From positions 45,785 through 65,784 of the IMG/VR virus record IMGVR_UViG_3300031853_001916: a DNA stretch of 20,000 bases; one strand, 5' to 3'. Each line of letters begins with the position of its first letter. The first letter of the stretch is position 1. This stretch comes from an uncultured virus (IMG/VR IMGVR_UViG_3300031853_001916). Taxonomy: Duplodnaviria; Heunggongvirae; Uroviricota; Caudoviricetes. Position numbers and translations under genes: made by a program. This document shows, piece by piece, positions 1 through 6,529 of this stretch. Below the pieces are notes generated by a model that saw nothing but the letters and a program-made list of their open reading frames with translations, ran no database searches and was not told the origin of the DNA.

Positions 1-1059
1 TCACGGATTGCGAAAACTCTCTTCAATCTTATCGGCAACGCTTCTTTCATCTCCTGGCATCAGGTGTGAGTACACCCGGAGCGTCGTTGCCGGGTTCCTA
101 TGGCCAAGCCTCTTGGAGATCGCTGTGATCGGGATCCCCTTATGGATCAGCCATGACGCATGCGAATGCCGGAGGTCATGGATCCGGATCTGCTCAAGGC
201 CTGCCTTGTCACTGATCTTATGGAACTCCTTCAGCATTCCGGCCCGCTGGAAGTAGAACAGCCTTTCCTTACGGCCAATCACCATTCCGTCGATATACTT
301 AAGCAGTTCATCATGGAGCTGGCTGTTGATCTCGATGTCCCGCTTTGAGGACGGCGTCTTCGGCGTCAGGAACATTTCCGTCCCGTCCACGACAGCATAT
401 CCCTTGGTAATGTGGATAACCATATTATCGCGCTCTATATCTTCCGGCGTCAAGGCCAGCAGCTCCCCGGCTCTCATTCCTGTCCAGTACAGTGTCAGGA
501 AAGCGACCCGGTATGCAGCCTTTTTCTCATACTGGATGAAATGGTCAAACTGATCCTGCGTCCAGATCTTCATCTCTGAAGCACTCTGAGATCCCATAGA
601 CCCGGCTATCCGGCATGGGTTCTGCTGGAGATTATAGTACTTCACAGCATAGTTCATTGCGGAGGAAAACTCTGCATGCATCCGGTTGAGGGTGGTGTCA
701 GCGTAGGCTCCGTCCTCCATCATCTCGTTCTGCCAAGTCCTGACTTTTAGCGGCGTGATATCACACAGCTTTACGTTTTTGAAATACGGGAGGATATAGT
801 TCCTCTGGCAGTTTTCCTTCCCAACGATCGTCGTGGGCTTAAACCTGTGTTTGCAATCATTGAGATATTCTTTCTCGAATACTTCATATGTAATAGTTGG
901 ATCCTGGCGGCCACGTTCCTTGAACTTGCGTTCGTACTCCTGAGCCTCACTCTTTTTCTTGAATCCCCGCTTAACCTTCCTTCTGTTTATGCCAGTGAAA
1001 TCCTTGTAGTGAAAACTGGCGTACCATGTACCCCGCTCGGCATCCTTATACACTGGCAT
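1..1059 (-). CDS. int: Tyrosine recombinase / phage integrase
   Basis: N-terminal arm-binding segment (GTWYASFHYKD...KRGFKKKSEA). Catalytic motifs TGMRAGE (R), TPKT (K), HDLRH, LGH and TLRVYSH (Y). Confidence 0.97.
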   Translation of the reverse strand: MPVYKDAERGTWYASFHYKDFTGINRRKVKRGFKKKSEAQEYERKFKERGRQDPTITYEVFEKEYLNDCKHRFKPTTIVGKENCQRNYILPYFKNVKLCDITPLKVRTWQNEMMEDGAYADTTLNRMHAEFSSAMNYAVKYYNLQQNPCRIAGSMGSQSASEMKIWTQDQFDHFIQYEKKAAYRVAFLTLYWTGMRAGELLALTPEDIERDNMVIHITKGYAVVDGTEMFLTPKTPSSKRDIEINSQLHDELLKYIDGMVIGRKERLFYFQRAGMLKEFHKISDKAGLEQIRIHDLRHSHASWLIHKGIPITAISKRLGHRNPATTLRVYSHLMPGDERSVADKIEESFRNP

Positions 1060-1396
1060 TGTTTGGCTCCTTTCGGGAAAGGATGTCTTCCATGGTCCCG
1101 AGCAGGATCCTCTTTTGAGATTTGTTCATCTTCCGGAACCCGTCAAGGAGGTCGTGTTCATCCGGGCTTTCAAAGACAATGTACGTCTTGGAGCGCTTAT
1201 CTGTTATTCCGGCCAGGTAATCCGTCGATACATTAAAAAATTCCGACAGGGCGCAGAGCAGATCGATCTTTACTCCGCACCGGCCCGTTTCTATATTACT
1301 GATAACGATCGAGGTGGATCCGGTTCCCGCAGCGACATCTGTCTGGCTGTATCCGTGTTCTTCCCTCAGTTCCTTTATTCGTTCACCGACTGTCAT
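1046..1396 (-). CDS. XRE-family HTH transcriptional regulator
   Basis: GERIKELREEHGYSQ...ISNIETG...LSEFFNVSTDYLAG is a typical HTH_3 pattern. GAGGTG RBS; overlaps the integrase start by 14 nt. Confidence 0.9.
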   Translation of the reverse strand: MTVGERIKELREEHGYSQTDVAAGTGSTSIVISNIETGRCGVKIDLLCALSEFFNVSTDYLAGITDKRSKTYIVFESPDEHDLLDGFRKMNKSQKRILLGTMEDILSRKEPNNASV

Positions 1397-1404
1397 AATT
1401 CACC

Positions 1405-1698
1405 TCACGCTGAAAGACCGGCCAGAAATTCCCCACCCTCCATATCAAAGACATAATTTTCAAGACCATCATGGAGTTGAAGCTTGAAGCACCAAAGCGT
1501 GTGACGCGGATCCGCGCGATCCATAACGATGAATGACAACGAGTCATAATGATCGTTATTGATGAACATCTGTCCGATTATCTTTGCGGCACGATAAGCT
1601 TCTTTCCCACCTTCTTTTGTGTTATCTCCAGTTAATGTGGTTTTGACGTCTCTTCCTTCTATAGAAAGTCTGATATTTTTCAATATGGATTCCTTCAT
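1405..1698 (-). CDS. Hypothetical protein (97 aa), lysogeny-module accessory gene
   Basis: GGAGG RBS upstream, tightly packed between the lipoprotein and XRE genes on the same strand. Confidence 0.75.
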   Translation of the reverse strand: MKESILKNIRLSIEGRDVKTTLTGDNTKEGGKEAYRAAKIIGQMFINNDHYDSLSFIVMDRADPRHTLWCFKLQLHDGLENYVFDMEGGEFLAGLSA

Positions 1699-1713
1699 TA
1701 TCCAGCCTCCATC

Positions 1714-2664
1714 TTAGTCTACCGATGACGCATCTTCATACTCATAGTGACCATTTTCATAAGTGATGTATCCAATGGCATCCGATACAGATCCTTCACC
1801 GTCCTGGTGTCCAAGGATTCCGCTATATGCAAAGCATCCGGCATATAAGATGGCAGTTCCGTCCTCAAAATTGATAGTGTACCAGTTAGTGGAATCTGAT
1901 AACGACATGACATAATCGCAGAATTCACCGTATTGTTCTTCCGAAACGGAGTCAAAATCCGCTTTTGGAATGCTTATATATCGGTACACACCAAGGGATG
2001 CACCCGTTCCGCTTTTGACCGATCCGGTATGTTCGTCCGCATCAAGCAACGGATTACCGGTTAGCGGTTTCTCTGTAATCAGATAATCATCTTCATTCTT
2101 AGTAGTCTCCGGCGGTATCCATTCCGTCTCTGTTTCTATGATTACATCATCAAGATTGATCTTCGCTCTTTCCCCAGTCGCGGCAAGCCCATACACATCA
2201 TGTTTTGACAATGCATGATTCTTTACTTTTGCGCATAGCCTGACTATATCTTTCACTTTCCCTTTTTCAGTGAAGTCATCAAACCTTGGGAAATCTACAT
2301 CATACATCCACGAAAAATCTTCTTGATGGTAATTACCGTCATGGAGTTCAAATAGTATTTTTAAATCACCGAATCCTGCAGTCTTTTCTTTGTCTTCCAA
2401 TGACATCTCTGCAAGTATGCCGTCAATGAGGATCCAGCAGCCATCGAATTCTCCTGATCGGACATCTTCATATTTTATCAGTGGCAAATCGAGACTGGCC
2501 TTCCCCCAGAAGAGTTCCGTGGTATCGGCATCTCTAAGACCATAAACCTGTTTATGCTCAGTAGAAGGCTCGTACATCTTAGTCTTATGTGTGCACCCGG
2601 ACAACAGAACTCCACACATGCAGATCGAAATTGCATGTAGGATACATTTACTTTTTATTCCCAT
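1714..2664 (-). CDS. Putative lipoprotein (316 aa), possible superinfection-exclusion/lysogenic conversion protein
   Basis: Basic N-terminus, hydrophobic stretch and lipobox LLSGC; acidic mature part; lies between repressor and integrase. Confidence 0.8.
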   Translation of the reverse strand: MGIKSKCILHAISICMCGVLLSGCTHKTKMYEPSTEHKQVYGLRDADTTELFWGKASLDLPLIKYEDVRSGEFDGCWILIDGILAEMSLEDKEKTAGFGDLKILFELHDGNYHQEDFSWMYDVDFPRFDDFTEKGKVKDIVRLCAKVKNHALSKHDVYGLAATGERAKINLDDVIIETETEWIPPETTKNEDDYLITEKPLTGNPLLDADEHTGSVKSGTGASLGVYRYISIPKADFDSVSEEQYGEFCDYVMSLSDSTNWYTINFEDGTAILYAGCFAYSGILGHQDGEGSVSDAIGYITYENGHYEYEDASSVD

Positions 2665-2748
2665 CCTTTTTCAATCTCCTTCTCAATTTATTGCGTTTTC
2701 TGATCCGCTCCAATTCTCCGGGATGGCCTCGGTGCCACTCGAGGCTAA

Positions 2749-3135
2749 TTATTTTGAAGAGATCATTCTCCTTTCTTGCAAGTCCTGAGTATCAGATATA
2801 AATCCAAGCTCTTTCATATTTTCTGGATGCGCTTGCCTAAAGATTTCAATAAACCCCAGGAAATCACTCTTTGTCTTATCATCGAGCATATGAAGGCTAT
2901 TAAGAATCTTGATATCAATGTCAGATAACGAAGAAACTGGCGCATTTTCACCGGTTGCGAGATAGTCGATAGATACATCTATCAAATTTGCTACCCGCAG
3001 CACTTTGTCAAGTGACGGTGAACTTCGATCCCATTTATAAATACTGTTCTCTCCAAGGTTGCAGGCCTTTTCCACCTCGCCAATTGTCAGGCCTTTCTTT
3101 TTCGCACAGTCTTTGATACGTGAAATGATTCCCAT
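2749..3135 (-). CDS. CI-like XRE-family repressor (no S24 peptidase domain); alternative start at 3159
   Basis: RIKDCAKKKGLTIGEVEKACNLGENSIYKW...PSLDKVLRVANLIDVSIDYLATG HTH pattern; divergent from a cro-like gene across an operator region. Confidence 0.9.
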   Translation of the reverse strand: MGIISRIKDCAKKKGLTIGEVEKACNLGENSIYKWDRSSPSLDKVLRVANLIDVSIDYLATGENAPVSSLSDIDIKILNSLHMLDDKTKSDFLGFIEIFRQAHPENMKELGFISDTQDLQERRMISSK

Positions 3136-3166
3136 ACTATTACCCACACATTCCACCATACAATAC

Positions 3167-3210
3167 TATCGAATACGATATTCTTATGTTGACAAGTATC
3201 GAATACGATA
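3167..3210. promoter_or_regulatory. Two identical palindromic operators TATCG-AATA-CGATA (3167-3180 and 3197-3210)
   Basis: Exact 14-bp direct repeat with a 30-bp period; each copy is an interrupted palindrome; the second sits in the promoter spacer. Confidence 0.88.
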
Positions 3211-3217
3211 GTATTAT
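3189..3217 (+). promoter_or_regulatory. Rightward early (lytic) sigma-A-type promoter
   Basis: TTGACA (3189-3194), 17-bp spacer, TATTAT (3212-3217). Confidence 0.85.
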
Positions 3218-3355
3218 GTGGTTGTGGCTACTTGTGCCACCAAACAACAAAAGGCAATAAGCGGCGGCAACCGCTCATGAAGGAGCTTTCCCTGGCAGGA
3301 AATGATTGCGTTGCATCGGCGCCCGGCAAAAGTGACGATGCATACGCTTATTGCC

Positions 3356-3384
3356 ATTTTAACAATAGTGCCACAAAAAGTAAA
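3356..3384 (-). promoter_or_regulatory. Probable leftward (lysogenic) promoter facing the early promoter
   Basis: Minus strand reads TTTACT (3384-3379), 17 bp, TAAAAT (3361-3356), with an extended -10 TG. Confidence 0.55.
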
Positions 3385-3404
3385 CGAGAAAGGAGGATCT
3401 GAAA

Positions 3405-3656
3405 ATGCCAGAGGCAACAAGAAGAAGGACTCGGAGACCACGGTCTGAATGGCAGAAGGAAGTCCGTATCAAATGTATTGAGAAGGACATGACCCATGCC
3501 GAACTTGCAGAAGCGATTGGATTTGAACGCACGCGCGTTGTCAAGACAATTACTGAGAACAGTATTGCACCTGAAATCGCAGATGCAATCAACGCTTACC
3601 TTGGAGTGAAGACCCCGTATCCCTATCAGGTACCTGCCTGCAGTGTAGCGCAGTGA
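3405..3656 (+). CDS. Cro-like HTH protein
   Basis: First gene of the rightward operon, AAGGAGG RBS; KDMTHAELAEAIGFERTRVVKTI HTH. Confidence 0.85.
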   Translation: MPEATRRRTRRPRSEWQKEVRIKCIEKDMTHAELAEAIGFERTRVVKTITENSIAPEIADAINAYLGVKTPYPYQVPACSVAQ

Positions 3657-3669
3657 GGAGGTGGAGTTA

Positions 3670-4170
3670 ATGCCAAAATTTAGGGCAAGCACCCTGACTA
3701 ACGTGTGGTATCTCGCACGAAAGGAGCATTCCGAGCACGATCAGAGCTTTGGCTCCCGTGAGGGCCTTGAGGATGAGACCGGCATAGACCATCATCGTTT
3801 GGCAGCTATCGAGGCCGGGACGCAGAACCCGACGCCGGAGGAAGCCCGGCTGATCTCTTTGGCATGCGAGAGGGAAGACCTGCAGTACTACTACTGCTCT
3901 GAGTGCTGTCCGCTCGGAAGGAACCTGCCGAAGATCACGGAAGAATCCGCTGAATGCCTGGCCATACAGGTAGCAATTTCCTGCGGGAAGCTCGTTTCGG
4001 AACGGGAAATGCTTCTGAATATCATGGCCGACGGCTTTGTTGACGATACAGAAGAGACAGCGTTCCGGAAGATCGCAGATGACATGCACGAGCTGATAGG
4101 CAGATTTAAGAACATGGAAATCCAGGTAGAAAGGTTTAGGTCAGAGCATGGCAAAAAAAGGCATTGTTGA
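3670..4170 (+). CDS. Phage XRE-like HTH regulatory protein with a Cys cluster (YCSECCPLG)
   Basis: SREGLEDETGIDHHRLAAIEAGTQNPTPEE resembles an XRE HTH; GAGGAGGTGG RBS before ATG 3670. Confidence 0.7.
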   Translation: MPKFRASTLTNVWYLARKEHSEHDQSFGSREGLEDETGIDHHRLAAIEAGTQNPTPEEARLISLACEREDLQYYYCSECCPLGRNLPKITEESAECLAIQVAISCGKLVSEREMLLNIMADGFVDDTEETAFRKIADDMHELIGRFKNMEIQVERFRSEHGKKRHC

Positions 4171-4378
4171 GGAGCTGGAATTGGAAGAAAGGTCATACTA
4201 CAAGGCTGAAGAAGTCGGACGGATGCTTGGAGTAGGGAAGTCGAAGGCCTACAGAGTTTGCCAGAACCTGAGAAAAGAATATCAGGCAAAAGGGCTGCTC
4301 TCCAAGGACTACCCCGCAGGGCGGGTCCCGAAGCGGATTTTTAATAGGAACTTCATGATCGAGGAAGGAGTGGTTTGA
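4148..4378 (+). CDS. Excisionase-like (Xis/recombination directionality factor) HTH protein
   Basis: Small basic protein YYKAEEVGRMLGVGKSKAYRVCQNLRKE...GRVPKRIF, resembling ICEBs1-type/Bacillota phage Xis. Confidence 0.7.
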   Translation: MAKKGIVEELELEERSYYKAEEVGRMLGVGKSKAYRVCQNLRKEYQAKGLLSKDYPAGRVPKRIFNRNFMIEEGVV

Positions 4379-4546
4379 GTGTACGGTTACATCTGCCCGA
4401 AGTGCGGAGCACATCTGGATCCGGGAGAAACCTGTGACTGCATCGAAGAACAAAAGGAACGAGTAGAGAAGGTTAAAGATTCTGAGAGGAAGCTGATCGA
4501 GTTCCTGATTGAGGGCAAGGACGGACAGCTGAAGATAGCAATTTGA
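4379..4546 (+). CDS. Small zinc-finger protein (55 aa), absent from the ORF track
   Basis: GTG start immediately after the upstream TGA, AAGGAG RBS; translates to MYGYICPKCGAHLDPGETCDCIEEQKERVEKVKDSERKLIEFLIEGKDGQLKIAI*. Confidence 0.8.
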   Translation: MYGYICPKCGAHLDPGETCDCIEEQKERVEKVKDSERKLIEFLIEGKDGQLKIAI

Positions 4547-4559
4547 AAGGGGATATGAA

Positions 4560-4826
4560 ATGAGGGACATCTTAGATGATTATATCGAGAGCAAGGTAAG
4601 AATCGGAGAAATTGGTGTTGCCGTCGTTGCAACCGGAGTGATCACTAAGCTGATCGATGTTGCAGGGCTGGCCGATCAGGTTACATCAGCGTTCGAGTGG
4701 TTTGCCATTGTAGCAGCTCTTCTGTGGCTCTCCTATTTCGCCGCCGGAAGCATTCACGATTGGTATGCCGAGAGACGGGAGAAACATTATGTGACAGTAA
4801 AACTTGATCGGGAGGACGTGGCATGA
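4560..4826 (+). CDS. Small membrane protein (88 aa, about 2 hydrophobic segments)
   Basis: IGVAVVATGVIT and FEWFAIVAALLWLSYFAAG segments; AAAGGGG RBS. Confidence 0.75.
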   Translation: MRDILDDYIESKVRIGEIGVAVVATGVITKLIDVAGLADQVTSAFEWFAIVAALLWLSYFAAGSIHDWYAERREKHYVTVKLDREDVA

Positions 4827-4835
4827 ACCACCATA

Positions 4836-4904
4836 TGACATTAAAACTCTCGTCCCTGGATGGCACCACGTTGACGGACGATAGCACCAGGACGAGAGTT
4901 GTCA
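4836..4904. other. Long stem-loop (putative structured RNA element)
   Basis: AACTCTCGTCC(C)TGG (4845-4859) pairs with CCAGGACGAGAGTT (4887-4900); outer TGAC/GTCA can also pair. Confidence 0.7.
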
Positions 4905-4957
4905 GAACTAATCAGCTTAACCAGTCGGTGAACTGAAATAAGCCATCAGCATCTCCG

Positions 4958-4986
4958 AGTATAGCAGAGATGCCCCAAAAAATCAA
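4958..4986 (-). promoter_or_regulatory. Putative antisense promoter
   Basis: Minus strand reads TTGATT (4986-4981), 17 bp, TATACT (4963-4958), with an extended -10 TG. Confidence 0.55.
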
Positions 4987-5003
4987 TTACCGGAGGTACA
5001 TCT

Positions 5004-6083
5004 ATGAACGAGTCTACTACTATCGTCGAGCTGGGAAAACAATACCCGGCACAGCAATTCAATCTGCTCGGGAACAACGCCGTCATGGTAAAGATCCCGG
5101 CCATCAAATCCCCTGTGATCCAGGTGATTCAGCTCAATCCTGAACCCGGTGAGGGAGATGTCTACTTTGAGAAGCGTACAAAACTTCTTGCGATCACCAA
5201 AAACGGCCTGAAGAAGCTGGCAGACGGAGCCGGGATCAAGATGATCTCTTCCGAGCACGTCATTCCGACTACATGCCAGAAATGTTCTGCGGCCAATGCG
5301 GCGTCGCGCACGGCTCCCAGATGCTGGGAATGCCCAAACAAAGACGTTGCATACCGCGTAACAATCGCGGTTCCGCAGCTTACAGGAGAGATCATCACAG
5401 TCGAGGACACGCACGAGATCATCATTGAAGATGCCACCCGTGGCATGACAGAAAACCAGAGGAATGAGTTTATGAAGCATCGCTCCCAGATCTGCGAAGC
5501 CAAGGCGCTCAACGGCGCGATACGGACAGCACTTCATGTCAAGGCGGGTTATACGCGCCAGGAATTGATGAAGCCATTCGTAGTCGCCTATCTCGTTCCA
5601 AACCTCGATCAGGCAGACGTCAAGAGGGCCGCAATCGAGGCGATGTTCGCTTCATCCTCCAACCTGTTTGGAGTGACACCCGCCATCAAAGCTCCGGATA
5701 TCGCGCAGATCGAATCCCGTGTTCCGGAAGTGGCGGCGATTGAAGCTTCAGACGGCGAAAACTACGACCAATATGTGGACGGCACCTATCAGGACGCCTC
5801 CACTCCCCAGCTGACACAGGATGCTCCCTTACAGCCTGTGTATCAGCAAACACCGAACGCGATGCCGGCACAGGCGCAGGCTGCCTCCCAGCAGTTCTCA
5901 AACCCAAACTCCCACGCGCCTGTGCAGCACGCCCCCTCAGGCCAGAGAACAAGGGCTGTAGACTTCCAGTGCAGCAAATGCGGATCCGTGATCAATGAAA
6001 AAGTCTGGAGCTACTCTCAAAAGTTTATGGGACAGCCTCTCTGTTATAAATGCCAGCAACTGGTAAGGGGAAACCAGCGATGA
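5004..6083 (+). CDS. Hypothetical recombination protein, candidate ssDNA-annealing protein with C-terminal Zn finger
   Basis: GGAGG RBS. Globular N-domain with internal CxxC...CxxC, then a Q/P/A-rich linker and C-terminal CSKC...CYKC. Sits in the recombinase slot upstream of the nuclease. Function is inferred. Confidence 0.6.
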   Translation: MNESTTIVELGKQYPAQQFNLLGNNAVMVKIPAIKSPVIQVIQLNPEPGEGDVYFEKRTKLLAITKNGLKKLADGAGIKMISSEHVIPTTCQKCSAANAASRTAPRCWECPNKDVAYRVTIAVPQLTGEIITVEDTHEIIIEDATRGMTENQRNEFMKHRSQICEAKALNGAIRTALHVKAGYTRQELMKPFVVAYLVPNLDQADVKRAAIEAMFASSSNLFGVTPAIKAPDIAQIESRVPEVAAIEASDGENYDQYVDGTYQDASTPQLTQDAPLQPVYQQTPNAMPAQAQAASQQFSNPNSHAPVQHAPSGQRTRAVDFQCSKCGSVINEKVWSYSQKFMGQPLCYKCQQLVRGNQR

Positions 6084-6529
6084 AAAATCTCATCATACTC
6101 CCTCCATCAGGAAACCCTGAAACCCTTGACCTGGAGCAGACCGAGGATCCGGGTCTGGCCATCAGGCAGGCAATCGGGAAGTACTGCACGGACACGAAGG
6201 CGGTCTTCCCGGAAAGGCTCTACAGCATATGGCATAACTCAGACACGCCAGGCGAAGAGCCGGGAAAGGCTGTCTGCATGCTGACAGATAAATACGAAGC
6301 ATGGAGGAAGGATTACCCGGTCAACCTCGTGGCAAGCTGGCTTTACGGTACGGAGATCCACAAGATCCCGATCCGCGGCACCGTTATCTTTGCAGGAGTG
6401 GCAAGCGAAGACGAAAACGGAGTCAACTTATGCGGCCTTGATGATTATGTCGGGCTGGCGCTTCTATCAAACCTCATCACAGCATCCCGCAGAATGGCAC
6501 AATGCGGGAAAGAAAGGAAAAACACATGA
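6080..6529 (+). CDS. DUF3846-like phage protein
   Basis: ATGA overlap with the previous stop; PVNLVASWLYG...PIRGTVIF resembles DUF3846. Confidence 0.6.
   Translation: MKNLIILPPSGNPETLDLEQTEDPGLAIRQAIGKYCTDTKAVFPERLYSIWHNSDTPGEEPGKAVCMLTDKYEAWRKDYPVNLVASWLYGTEIHKIPIRGTVIFAGVASEDENGVNLCGLDDYVGLALLSNLITASRRMAQCGKERKNT

Noticed and set aside
1..60. Attachment site (att core)
   Set aside because: The window starts at the integrase stop codon, so att would lie outside it.
3167..3210. Direct repeat considered as a mini-CRISPR
   Set aside because: Only two 14-bp copies with a 16-bp spacer, overlapping a promoter; better explained as operators. No cas genes are present.
3214..3692. Minus-strand ORFs (75, 114 and 77 aa) across the switch region
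   Set aside because: They overlap the cro-like gene and the structured leader and lack a convincing RBS or domain.
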